A stretch of DNA of 64,000 nucleotides from Ginglymostoma cirratum (taxonomy: Eukaryota), in NCBI GenBank assembly GCA_024137785.1, contig JAHRHZ010000009.1:26969216-27033215 (forward strand), read 5' to 3'. Positions 12,213 to 25,000 of this stretch are shown here, piece after piece. The first letter of the stretch is position 1. Every line of letters begins with the position of its first letter. Made by a program: the position numbers and the translations under genes. The notes under the pieces are model-generated. The model was given only the letters and a program-made list of their open reading frames with translations, ran no database searches and had not been told where the DNA came from.

Positions 12213-12536
12213 GGTGGCATGGTGGCTCAGTGGTTAGCACTGCTGCCTCACTGTGCCAGGGACCCGAGTTTGAAACCAGCCTGGGGTGACTGTCTGTGTG
12301 GAGTTTGCACATTCTCCTCGTGTCTGTGTGGATTTCCTCTGGGTGCTCCGGTTTCCTCCCATAGTCCAAAGATATGCAGGTTAGGTGGATTGGCCATGCT
12401 AAATTGCCCATAGTGTCTAGGGACGTGCAAAGTAGGTGGGTTAGCTATGGAAATTACAGGGATAGGGGGAAGGGTCTCAGTGGGATGGTCTCCAAAGGGT
12501 CGTTGTGCACCTGATGGACATTGTAGGGATTCTATG
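12213..12536 (+). mobile_element. HE1-type V-SINE
   Basis: GGTGGCTCAGTGGTTAGCACTGCTGCCTCAC head, V-core, internally deleted tail ending GATTCTATG. Confidence 0.88.
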
Positions 12537-14770
12537 TAAGTAAATATGTTTGAGAAGGACTTACTTCTATGCTTTGTGTACTTAGAAACATACTAAGAGG
12601 TGTTTGCTGAAAGCTTTTTACATGATTACATGATCCTTCTAGCCTAATGAAAGAAAGGTAAATTGAGGTGGGCTAACATTAATATGAATATCTGAAGTAC
12701 AAAGTTACAGAAGTATTGATTAAATACATTACGTATTTTGGAATTGCCATGTACACTGTGATTTTCTGGAACATTGCACAAATATGTTTTCATTTGTGCT
12801 CAGACTATATTATCTGTGTAAGAATTAGGCTACAAGGGTTAAATAACAGTTAACTGATTTCTGCGCTCACCGTAAGCAGAAATTCTGGCAAACATAGTAC
12901 ATTATAACTGTCTATGTCAACAAAACACCCCAGAAAGGCCACAGGAGTCAGAGGGATTGAGATACAGGGAGATAGACAGATGCTGACAAGAAGTGGAACA
13001 AACACTACCAGTTTGGAAAAAGGTTAAACAATCCCTGATTGGATGAATAAGATATTTATCTGGAATTAAAGTATACATTGTTTGTCATGTTTGCATGAAC
13101 CATAATTGGGATTCTACAATAAGATGCCTACATGTCTGAACTGATACAAAAGTACTGAAGTTTTCTGTATTCCCCAGAGTTTATTCTAGCTAGTCTAGAG
13201 TATAGTCTCCCTGCATTCAGCTGAAAAAATATTCTTAAACCTGTATGCAAACTCTTGTCATCAATCGCTAGAAGTAACACAGCATCTGTAACAAGACACA
13301 TTCAAGTTTTCTCGCAAAGGGTGAATATTCTTACGACCAGGTTAGGAGAGGAAAATGCGTCATCACCTTTTAACTCTCTCTCGGTCTGTCACAACAATAT
13401 TTTTTATTTCTTTTGAAATGCAACTGTATCTCACATCAAATAAAGATGTAAATAATTAGATCTACATGAAGTAACCAATTGCAGGACTTTCTTGACTGAA
13501 GAAAAGGAGAATTTTATAACTGACTAACCCTGATATAAAATGCAGGACATAAGTTAAAAAGTAAGAGTGTAGACAGAGGGAATAAAAGTAATGTCTTTAA
13601 AAATCTTGAAATTAATAGATTTTTAACCTGTGATCACAACTGTTTAATTGTTGACTGGTAATCTCAGCAGGTGTGAAGTTTATAGGTATCCTTGAGCTCT
13701 GACGAGTGAATAATGGTTTCCTCAATTTGCTGTTCGTTGGGCATTGTTTTTGAGATGCTGTGAGAGTCAGGCAATGAGATTATCTTCTAATGCTTGCGTA
13801 CAAATTAATTTTCTTTCTTTTTGCTCTGTTGCACAAAAGCAGCTCCTGAGATATTGTTCACTGTGTATTCCTGAGTTTGCCTTCTTTGTCTTTCCAAGAT
13901 GGCTACCTGGCAGGCATAGTTTTCCTCTCCTAATATGTGAAATCATCATATACATGTGAATTAAAACAAGAGATGCAAAATTCTTGATGTTAAGACAATT
14001 GTCTGGTTTCAATGTCTTTAAATAAAAGTAGAATTTGATTTATTCCAACTGGGTCTCAACAGCTCGCCTTACTGTGTGGTCAGGATCACTATAACTATTT
14101 TAGGTCCACATTTCTTACCTATTTAATATCGTTTTAATCCATTAAAAGTTTTAAGTGTAACATTGAGGTGGTGGATGTTAAAATTTGATGGCCCTTGTTT
14201 ACCACTGTTGTAACAGTTCTGTCTTGCACTCTAAGGATACACAGAAGTAAAGTAATGTAAGTATGAATACCACCGTCCCAATATTTTCCCTGAAATGTAT
14301 AATTTAACACACTGAGATAGTTGCCAAGAGATAGCCACACTTCAGATAAAGCATTGGTAAGGCCCCCACAGTTCTCACTGTCCATGGTAAAGCCACAAAC
14401 GGTTCAGAAAACTCACAATTTTCCCATAAGTCAGGCAATGCACCATGCTAATTCTTCCCGGGGTTCAGACACACCACAGTGCTAATGTTCCACACAGTTC
14501 AAAGCACATTTCCACATTTAAAAAAACTCATAAGTTTGGAAAATATATAGCTTTGATTTTGGTGGTCATAACAAGCAGTGACAATATTATTTTCTCAGTT
14601 TTGACCATACTTGTCAGATATGTATGTTCAGGTTAAAGGCAAGTCCTTGGCTTAGTGTCTTTTGGTGTCTCATGCTGAGCTGTCTTTCACAGTTTTTGGC
14701 AGTGACAGTGTGCTGATTTGATACCTACCTTCTCCTAGAAAGGTAGCTCTCAAATCAACCAGGACAGTGG

Positions 14771-14777
14771 TATAAAA
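14771..14777 (+). promoter_or_regulatory. Candidate TATA box of the scel-like gene
   Basis: TATAAAAG about 1.2 kb upstream of the ATG exon, followed about 130 nt later by a plausible donor (GATAT|GTGAGC, GT at 14906). No CpG island. The promoter role is inferred. Confidence 0.45.
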
Positions 14778-14799
14778 GACACACTAAAGCATTATTCTG

Positions 14800-14905
14800 A
14801 ACTATTCATCAGCCATCTAGCCAACTCAGATAAGTGACCCCCAGGGTCCTTGGTGGATCCATAGACATTAAACTGGGAACAACTTCCGCCCTTGAGAGGC
14901 GATAT
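14800..14905 (+). other. Putative non-coding first exon (5' UTR); start approximate
   Basis: Lies between the TATA box and a GTGAGC donor. The ATG exon has a clear acceptor (tttatttgcttgtag|G at 15936), so an upstream exon is needed. Confidence 0.4.
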
Positions 14906-15294
14906 GTGAGCAAAAATATCACTGCTTTTTCATATATATTCTTATTGTGCTTGTACATGCATTCAAGTTTAGCGAGTATATCACATGAACCTGTTGCACA
15001 GCCAATTTACTCAGTCACAAGTGGGCAGTAGAAGTCTAAACTTGGCTGGAAGTGAATCACTTAGATCAATCCAATGAGTGAACAACATGTTTAGCTCTGT
15101 TTGTAAATCTACTGAGAATATGCAACTGAATTACTCAGGAACACTGAAGAATAGTTTTTGTAGTCAAACCTCCTATGTTAATATTGTAATCTGTTAAAAT
15201 ATTCAATGTACAGAGATTATTTCTTGGTGTAATATCAAGGAAATCAAATGCTATACAGGATGTTGATTCTGGATCTGTTTTATCACTCCAATTA

Positions 15295-15503
15295 GAGGTT
15301 AGTTAGCTCAGTTAGCTGGACAGCTGGTTTGTCATGCAGCGTAATATCAGCTGCAGGGATTCAATTCTTGCACTGGCTGAGATTACCATGAAGAACTCTC
15401 CTCCTCAATCTCTCTCCTTGCCTCATGGGTGGTGATTCTTTTCTTAAACCACCGCCAGCCATTTCTCTCTAATGAGAAAGTTGGACTATGGTACCTTTAC
15501 CTT
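15295..15503 (+). mobile_element. Short tRNA-derived SINE
   Basis: A box TAGCTCAGTTAG, B box GGATTCAATTCT, tail GGACTATGGTACCTTTACCTT; inverted homolog at 16965-17070. Confidence 0.6.
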
Positions 15504-15978
15504 CTCCCACTTAATATACTTGTACTAATTCACAGGCAAAGAATTTGCTTTCTCTTGCTCTTGACTGTTCTGCTCTTACATATTTGTCATCTGTTCACAT
15601 TCTAATTATCACAATATTTAATGCGGAATGAGACTTTCACAACTCTTCAGCGCCATCTCTCTGATGTCTGAACTTTTCTTGTTGAACAACTCCTTCCTGT
15701 ATATAAACATAAATTTATCCAACAGCTGTATCATGACCCCATATTTAGGAATGCATTCTCTCAAATTAACAGATGCATTCCCTGGTGTGCAAGTCTTGTC
15801 TGATTGATAACTTTTAATTTAAACCACCATTGCGAAATTTTAAATTATTCTACCGTCTAAACTGTATCCTATGATTGATAAATTTAACAGATAATGTCAG
15901 GAATTTTGACTAAATTTTGCTTTATTTGCTTGTAGGTGAAGCTGTTGAAGAAGCCACAAGAAGTTCAAATCTTTAGAA

Positions 15979-16036
15979 ATGGCACTATTTCAAAAAATAG
16001 CAGACTCTTTCTCAGTTAACAAATCCACCCGTGCAG
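15979..16036 (+). CDS. scel: scel-like coding exon 1 (exon starts at 15936): MALFQKIADSFSVNKSTRA
   Basis: gaaATGG start context; the phase-1 donor GCAG|GTTTGT fits the frame of the next exon. Confidence 0.7.
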
Positions 16037-19000
16037 GTTTGTAAGTTTTGATATTCCTGTTTCTACGTATACATGTATAAACCAGTTTATTCATAAATCT
16101 AATGTAACCATGTGAGGCTGAACATATTTTTGCCATAGTCCTCTAATTAATGTCAGCAGGGCTGTCATTGCAGGAATAAGTAATGTCACAAAACAACTAG
16201 GTGATAGAACAAAGAAGCTATTATTTAATGGATAATGCAAGCAGTGATGCACCGATAATCTTATCTGCCATCTCTTCGGGTATTCTTATTATTCCCAGGC
16301 CTCAATTATGTTGGGATAAAACTAACACAATTGCCCCTATTGTAGTGAGGTGTATTTTAAAATTAAACCAAAATAAAATCTACCTCTTTCACTCCTGTTT
16401 TTCTAACTTTTGTGAAATCCTTTGTCCACTGGCACGTTGTTACAGAACTTTCGTCGAGCTATCACAAAATGATCAAAGAGATTCCAATAATTACATTTCC
16501 TGTCTGATGATAACCCCATCCAAAATTTCTCCCTTTCAGTACCTGGAACTTTCTTTGTATTTGGAGACAGTGATCAAGACTCAACAGGAGTCAATGATGT
16601 TTGTTTTAGGAATTGTAACAGAGAAAGATATTGTTACATTATCATTGGACAAGTTAAAATGGCACCTTCGATAATCACTGGTAGGAACATTTATTTTGAA
16701 TTCAAAACAATTCATCCTCAAAAATAAAGGAGAAAACATTTCTGTAGGTTACCTGTTTATATACATTTTATTTCCTGTATTAATCTTTCCAGAGTTGGTG
16801 ACAGTTATTGACATGTTTAAAGTGAAACCACCTCAAGTGATGCACTTCTTCAAAGACTCTTTGCATCGTACTTAAAATTGAAACAAATATAATCAAACTG
16901 AAAACAAAAATTGACTTGGGTATTGTTTAGTCTGTGATCTGGAATTCCAAGCTTTAGAAGTTATGGTGAAGGTAAAGTCAACATAGTCCCAGCTTTCGTA
17001 AGAGAGTGACGATAGGCGTTGGTTTAACCTGAGGGTCACCACACCTTATGTGAGGGGAGAGGTTGAGATGCACTATGGGATCTCATGGAAGCCCCAATGC
17101 TAGTAGTCCTTGGGAATCACCAAGCAGTGTGATCTTCCAATGGACATTTACCCTGCTCTTCAGCATCCTCTGAAAGTTTGTCTGATTCTGAGTAAGAGCC
17201 AAAGCTCTTTGGATAGTTCTGGATGGGTACCCAGAAAATACTGGGAAGTAAAAATCCTGCTCTACCTCCCGAACAATTGTACAACTAGCTCCCCCAATGG
17301 TTCATACTGATTCCACCTCTTCCCCACCACCACCACAATCTATCCTTTCCTGATGCTCCAACTAACCCCCGATCAGACCCCATGAATACCCCCTACACAT
17401 CCTTACTCCCCCTGACCTTTCTAATCACTCTCCCACCAACCACCCTCTCCACACATCACTCTATCCAGCTGACACCATGCCACTTGTCACCTTACCCCCT
17501 TATTCGCATTACCCCCTTCACCCACCCCTCCCCTTACCTAAATACCCATCCTAACCCCTCACCCGACCTACTCCCTTTCCAACGTAGATTATCCATCCAA
17601 AATCTGATCCAATGCATTCCCTCATCTGCCTTACCCCCTCACCTATTAAAGTTGCCAACAGTGTCCTCCTTACTCACTTACATCATTAATCCTACCCTCT
17701 TACCCACCCTCTCCCCTCACCCACCCTACATCCCAACCCAACTTGCCCATTGCCTAATAAATTTACTCACTCTGCCCCATGATACATTTGTTTTCTCATT
17801 GTACCTCTTCGAGAAAACCTTTGGGACATTTAAAATGACCAGGGTGTGACAGCTAGTTTTGTAAAAAGGGAATGGGGTTTATGTTCATCCTCTACCTATG
17901 AAGCAGCTCCATTTCAGGTTCACTCAGGAATTTCTGGACAAGAAAGGACCAGAAATGTGGAACTCATGTAGCTGAGAAAAGCAGGAAACAAGTGGCAATC
18001 TGATGGTTCTTGTCACTGGTCGGAGATTTGGGCCATTGATTTTGTAAAGGATGCAGTGCAGATTTGCTGGTATGATACCAAGTGCTCAACAGATTAAGTT
18101 TTGAAAATGGATTACCCAGATTATTCAGTTGGAAATACAAGACGAAGGGATGATGCAACTGAAATGCTTAGAATGTTAAGGATTTGCTAGGATGGATAGA
18201 AATTATTTCATGTGGTAGGAGAATTCTAAAGAAGACATAAACCTTAACATTAGAGCTGGACCACTCAAGAGTGAAGTTAGAAAGCATATACAAAGAGAAG
18301 CATCTACTGTACAATCAGGTATTCTCTCCTAGTATAAAGGAAAGGTTTAGAGACCCTGTGAACTGACAATTTCAAAACTAAGTTTGCTAGATTTCTGCTA
18401 GGAAAATATATTAATGGTTATGGAACAAAAGCAGGGAGATGGAGTTGAGAGACAGATCAAACAGGATGTAAATGGAAGTCAGTACAGATAGTTGAGATAA
18501 CAAGGTGTAGAGCTGGATGAACACAGCAGGCCAAGCAGCATCATCATAGGAGCAGGAAGGCTGACGTTTTGGCCTAGACCCTTCATCAGAAAAAAGGTCT
18601 TAGCTCCTGTCCTTATATATTACTGAGAGTGGAGAGATTGTAAAGTAGAAGAGGAAAAGGACAGAAATAAAAGTAGTTTCCTGTAAAAAAGGACCAAAAT
18701 GGGATGCACCTGATGAGTTGAATGACGTTTTCCATTTCTACACTTTTACTTACTGATTGATTTTCTGCTTTCATCCGTGATATTGTTTTTACCATAGTTT
18801 TTTATAGATTATAAAATTTCAATTTCAGATGAAGACAGGGATCAGGTTATTCGGGAAACAAAGAAGAGGACTCGCTTAATAAACGATGGTGACTGGATTA
18901 AAAGCAAACCATCAGACGAATCACAGTAAGTGCTAAACCACATTCTTAAAAGAAGAATGTGGAACAATCGTCCTTTTGACTTTTCAAACGTGCCGCATTT

Positions 19001-22000
19001 AATTTATTAATCTGTTTGAAATGAACTTTAATAAATGGTGTTCTAACAAGGTGAGCAGTGATGAATCAGCTAATCTCTTTCCAAATCTTTTTGTTTGGTC
19101 ATGATATTGATTTAAGTTCTTTTTAGCACGAGGCTATACCTCTCTCCAACCAAAATGTAATTAATTAGACATTGCTTTAGCAGCTAAGGAGCAAATCATC
19201 TACGAAATCCTGCTCACTTCCTTGCTGAAGATTCCAGTCTATATTTAGCAGTTTTTCCACTGTTCTGTGTTTGTTTGCAATGTCCACTTCATCCTCAATG
19301 TAATAACTAATTACTGTATCCTGACATATGCCGGACCCTGATACTGGCCAGGGAAAATTTTGTTTAATTTCATCCTTTACAATGCATTTCTTTAATTTCT
19401 CTCACAAGTCTAACTAAACACCTCAATTTCCACCCTTTTGACAGCTACATTAAAATGACTGTTGACATAGTTGGACTCATAATCACTTCTAACCTCAGGT
19501 GGATCCTCTACTTGTCAGTTGCTAATGCTTTGAAAATAGTCTGCCATTTGCTGACTGACCATTCCATGGCAAGCACCAGCCTCCTTTCCTCCATCCTCAA
19601 TGTTGTGGTGAGGGTATGTTTTATTTTAAATTCTGTAAACATACATATTTAATTTAAAAAATTGTTCTTTATTAACAGGCACATGGCAACTGATGTCAAC
19701 TATGGAAAATCTGCACTAAGCCGAGCTAAATCCAGTGAAGGCCTGAACAGGTAAAAATATTCTTCTACATTGAATTTAGTTCTGCCTTGCACATCTTACA
19801 TAAGGGTAAAAGGACAGATCATAGAAACATAGAAGATAGGAGCAGGAGTAAGTCATTTGTATCAATGATAGCCACAGGTGAGGTTCCAGAAGACCAGCAG
19901 TTGGGTAATGTTGTGCCACAATTTAAGAAAAGTGATATGGAAAGGCCAGGGAACCATAGACCAGTGAGACTGAAATTGGTAGTGGGAATCCTGAGGGACA
20001 GAATTTACATGTGTTTGGAAAGGCAAGGACTGATTAGGGATAGTCAACATGGCTTTGTACGTTGGAAATCATGTTTCAATAACTTGATTGAGCTTTTTGA
20101 AGAAGTAATGAAGAGAATTGATGAGGGCAGAGCAGTGGATGTGATCTATATGGGCTTCAGTAAGGTGATTTATAAGGTTCTTCATGGTAGACAGGTTAGT
20201 AAGATTAGATCACACGGAGCACAGGGAGAACTAGCTATTTGGATACAGAACTGTCTCGAAGGTATGAGACAGAGGGTGGTGGTGGATGGTTGCTATTCAG
20301 ACCAGAGGCCTGTGACCAATGGTGTGCCACAAGGATCAATGCTGGTCCACTGTTTTGGGTCACTTATATCAATGATTTGGATGTGAACATGGGAGGCATG
20401 GCTAGTAAGTTTGCGGATGACACTAAAATTGGAAGTCTAATGGACAGCAAAGAAGGTTACCTCAGAATACAATGGGATCCTGATCAGATGGGTCAATGGG
20501 CTGAGGAGTGGCAGATGGAGTTAAATGTAGATAAATGTGAGGTGCTGCATTTTGGAAAGGCAAATCAGGGCAGGACTTTATACACTTAATGGCAGGTGGG
20601 AAGTGTTGCTGAACAAAGAGACCTTGGAGTGCACGTTCATAATTTCTTGAAAGTGGAGTTGTAGGTAGACAGCATAGTGAAGAAGATGTTTGGTATGCTT
20701 GCCATTATTGGTCGATGCATTGAGTATTGGAGTTGGGAGGTCACGCTCTAGCTGTACAGGTTATTGGTTCAGCCACTTTTGGAGTATTGTGTGCAATTCT
20801 GGTCTTTCTTCTAGAGGAAGGATGTTGTGTAACTTGAAAGGGTTCAGTAAAGATTTATGAGGATGTTGCCAGGGTTGGAGGGCTTGAGCTATACTATAGG
20901 GAGAGGCTGAATAGCCTAGGGCTATTTTCCTGGATTGTTGGAGGCTGAGGGGTGACCTCATAGACGTTTATAAAATGATGAGAGGCATAGATCGGGTAAA
21001 TAGGCAAGATATTTTCACAAGGGTGGGAGTGTCCAAAACTAGAAGGCACAGGTTTAAGGTAAGGGAGAAAGATATAAAAGGCGCCCAAGGGGCAACTTTT
21101 TCACATAGAGGGTGGTGCGTGTATGGATGAGCTGCCAGAGAAAATGGTGGAGGTTGGTGTGATTACAACATTTATAAGGCATTTATTTGGCTCTGTGAAT
21201 ACGAAGGGTTTAGAGGGATATGGGCCAAATGCTGGCAATGGGACTAGATTTATATAGGATATCTGGTCAGCATGGATGACTTGGACTGAAGGGTCTGTTT
21301 CCGTGCTGTATATCTCTATGACTCTATTTGACGCCTTGAACCTGGTGTACCATTCAACATGACCATGAAACATGGGTATGCTTATTTAAAGCATCTATTT
21401 GCCTAACTTCACCATGCTGTCTTGGTTATGTTGAGTGATGCAATACAAAGAAATGGTGCTTTTATTTAACTCCATACAAGATAAAAATAATTTATATATT
21501 AAACAAGAATAAATTGTTTCTTTTTTTGAGAAATGGAAATTTATGTCTTCAATAAATTTCAGTGAACACTGAAGGAAGTGTCCTTTAATAAAAAAATGAC
21601 TTTAACCCATTGTGCTCTTTTCCGTATTTGGCATGCTGACAGTAAAACACACAACATTGCAAAAGTTTATATTCACTATGCTACATACAAAGCACACTGA
21701 TCTCAATTAATTTGAATAGCTGTATCTCTTAAATCATTAGTCTGATCATGCACTTTTTAAATTTCGCATTCTTTTTAGAGTTAATGCCTTTTAGCTTAGC
21801 TTGGTGGCATGAAGTACATTGGTTGTATTATATTTCTACTAACATTTTCTGAGCTTGCCTTGTTTGTCCTGTTTACACAGTGATTCAAGTAAGACGAGTG
21901 GTTTGAAGTCAACAACAAAAGCCGATACCATAGATGGACGAAAAAGGTGTGAATTTATTAAAAGATTTTTCAAGAATCAAATAATATATTGCTGTGTTTT

Positions 22001-25000
22001 CTATGTCAAATCATGTGTAAATAATGAACAACAAAGAATTTAATTTAAAAGCCAGGGCTATTGTCTTATGAACTCACTTTGTCAAGTTGAATGAGTTTCA
22101 ACAGATTGCTGCACAGAATTCCAAACTGCGTCATTCTGGTATTGACAAATGGAACAAATCCAAGCTTTTCTACTGAAACAATGACTCCACTGGGCTAAAG
22201 GTCAAACAACATTAATGCTGACTTCGTTAGAGGTCTGAGTCCAGAATATCACATCCTCCATCCATTTGGAGTGAACAATGCAGAAATTGATCCGACAATG
22301 TTGTTAGGTTAACACATTGATAAATGTCACATTTCTGAATGTTGCAGCAAGTAGCATACAGGAATTTCCTGGAACTTGAGTTACAATGCTAATGTTCTTT
22401 CTTAAGTGTTGGGTATACATTCTGACATAACAGCATGAAAATAATTGTACAAGAGCGTGTTTTAACATGATTTAGAATAAAGAAGATCCGCTTTGCAGTG
22501 TAAGTCTAATCATATTTCGAGTTGACAACATTCATACTAATAATTTCAATGTGTGGTTCTAGGAGCAAAGGAATTGTGTATGTTTTGCAACATTATCAAC
22601 AGGAGAAAGTTAGTATGTTTATATACCTGACCTACACCAACCCTACAATGATCCCAAGTCCAAGCCAACAAATGACATTGTAGAAACAATTGGGTAGATG
22701 AAATCCATTTGTCAATAATCTTTTATTGTGTAGTAAATCTAATTTGAAATTCAGCTGTCTAAAGAAGATATTGATAGATGTCTTGGAGTAGATACTATCT
22801 ATCAAAACCATTAAACCCAAGCAAATTAAAAAACAGGGATCAACTTACGCGAGACAAAAAGTGAAACAAAAGTTTTTATTTATAAAATTGTGAGAAGGTG
22901 GTAATATTTAACTCTTTAAATATGCCACATTTCATACTAAACTGCCCAGAAAACTTTGGCAAGTAGTGAACAATATTTCTCCACAATACAATCTAACAAC
23001 ATTGAGGTATAAGCTTTTAAAACAAGATTGAATTATTCTTCAATACAAAAAAAATAAGAAAGCAGTGTGAAGAATGATCCATATATCTTGGTTGTTTGAC
23101 CAAGGCCTTGTCAATTTAAAGGTTCAGTGAATGGCATCCAATAATTTCATATGAAGTCTTGAGTTAAGTATATGTATAGACATGAATAAATTATTGTACT
23201 GAGATGTGAATTTGGAGTCCAATGTCATGATGATTAGAACTGATGTTCCAAAAGAATAAAAAAAGCAATTGAACGGGACTTTTTCCAGCTTAGTCCCCAC
23301 TAAATACATGATTGTTCTGCTAACTTTTAAACATATTTCCCCTTTACAATATGGAGATAGTTGTAATAAAAACAATTCAACACATTGTATTTCTGTGACT
23401 GGGATCACTGGGTTAAACCACACATCTGGATAATGGTTGTTATGAGATCTAACTTCTTTCAAGTGAGTACAGTGAAATGATTATTCTACAATTACCATTG
23501 AGTTTTTTTTATTTATATGGTTTTCAGTCATATTTTCAATGGAAAGAATGGTACAATAAAAACATTAAGTATTGTGTTAGTGATGTTAGTGATCACATTC
23601 CATCAAATGTGATAGGGATATTTTCTTTAAATGCATTTTAAGGCAGAATTGTTCTCTTTATCAGCAGCACTTGGGTAATTAATGCTGGCCGTAAAGTTGT
23701 TCTCAACCGATACAGATCTGAAGAATTCCTGGACAGGTAGAAAAGCTGGTGGTATCAAGAAAAGTCTCTGGCCACTAACCACTTGAGTGGCAGTAATACA
23801 CGTGAATTCTGGAATTGATCCTAGATTTCCCAATCAACTTGAATCAGCATAATTTCACTGGATGATTGCTTGCAAATCAGATTTCCTTCTGAATTTCTAA
23901 ACATTTAATGAAGAAACCCAGTTCCTAGCCAGACCTTCAATTGATGCTTGCTTGTTGATTTTTATCATTGCTTTTCAGGCTCTTTCCTTCCGTTCAAAGA
24001 ACATGTAATAGGAGTAATTGATGCCTTTTCAAATGAATTGAATATTATTAATTATAAAATCTTAGAAAAATTTGTAACATGAACATCTTTTGATTGCAGC
24101 ACTTCAATTGTGAACGTTTGATCTCCTTTTTTAATGGTTAGGATAGGGCTCAGATGACCAAATGTTTAGGTGAAAATGGATAAAGCAGTCTAAATGCCCA
24201 GTGAAAGTGGATAAACCAGGTCATTAACCAGAAGAGCTGGAATCTGCATTACTATCCAGCCTATGACATGGTCTGAACCATTTCTTTCTCGAAACCCTCC
24301 CCCACCAATAATTAGAATCTTGAGTTATGTTTAAAAACCCAAGATCTCAAGAAATGTATGGAGAAGGTAGGTATTTGGAGTCAAGTTGCAGACCAACCAT
24401 GAGGAAGCTGGCTCAAGAGGCTAAATGATCTATTTATATGCCTATGTTAAGATGTTTCTGGAACTACTCCTCAACCTCAGCATCACCCATTAAAGAATTG
24501 AAGCTTCCTTGGTTGACCTTCCAAACTTGCGTCTGATTGAGGCCGTCCACTGATCAATTAGCGCCCACTTAAGGGCTTCATCCCAGAGTCACTGGGATTA
24601 ATCCAGTGGTTTTTGACCCTGTCACCATGTGGTAGGCCTGACAAGTGAAACTGGGAGGGCCAGTAGTCACATTGAGTGATCGTGATTTCTCACTCAAAGA
24701 GAACAATTGCTTGATCGAGAGACTGGACTTCAGGAAGCTAGTGCCTCTGTGATTCTGGTACCTGAAAAGGTGACCTTCAGGCAGCAGTAGCAGCTTCCTC
24801 AGTGGTTTTGCTCAGTGCAGGCGCTACCGGCCTCTGATTGGCTAACAGCTCTTGCTGGGCAGGACCCTAGGTTTTGATTTCAGGGGAAGGGTCACTGTGG
24901 TCTTATCGTTGCCTGATTGGTGTGACGTTTGGTGGGCCTTCCTTAATACAAGGTAGCCTGAATGTGTCACTGATTCACCAGTTGACAGGAGACACCCCTG

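Noticed and set aside
12213-12290. tRNA gene
   Set aside because: The A/B boxes belong to a SINE head that continues into the V-SINE core; the same applies to 4935, 15295, 33846 and 57612.
12817-13293. Possible solo LTR (TGTAAG...TAACA)
   Set aside because: The termini are suggestive, but I see no matching target-site duplication, primer-binding site or second copy.
16201-17849. 157-aa and 155-aa intronic ORFs
   Set aside because: No motifs; the second reflects C-rich low-complexity sequence.
19787-20589. Functional reverse transcriptase gene
   Set aside because: 5'-truncated, frameshifted and stop-ridden CR1 relic.
23979-24004. Extra exon after a good acceptor (cttttcag)
   Set aside because: The nearby GT donors do not give a phase 2-2 length, and reading on reaches a stop.
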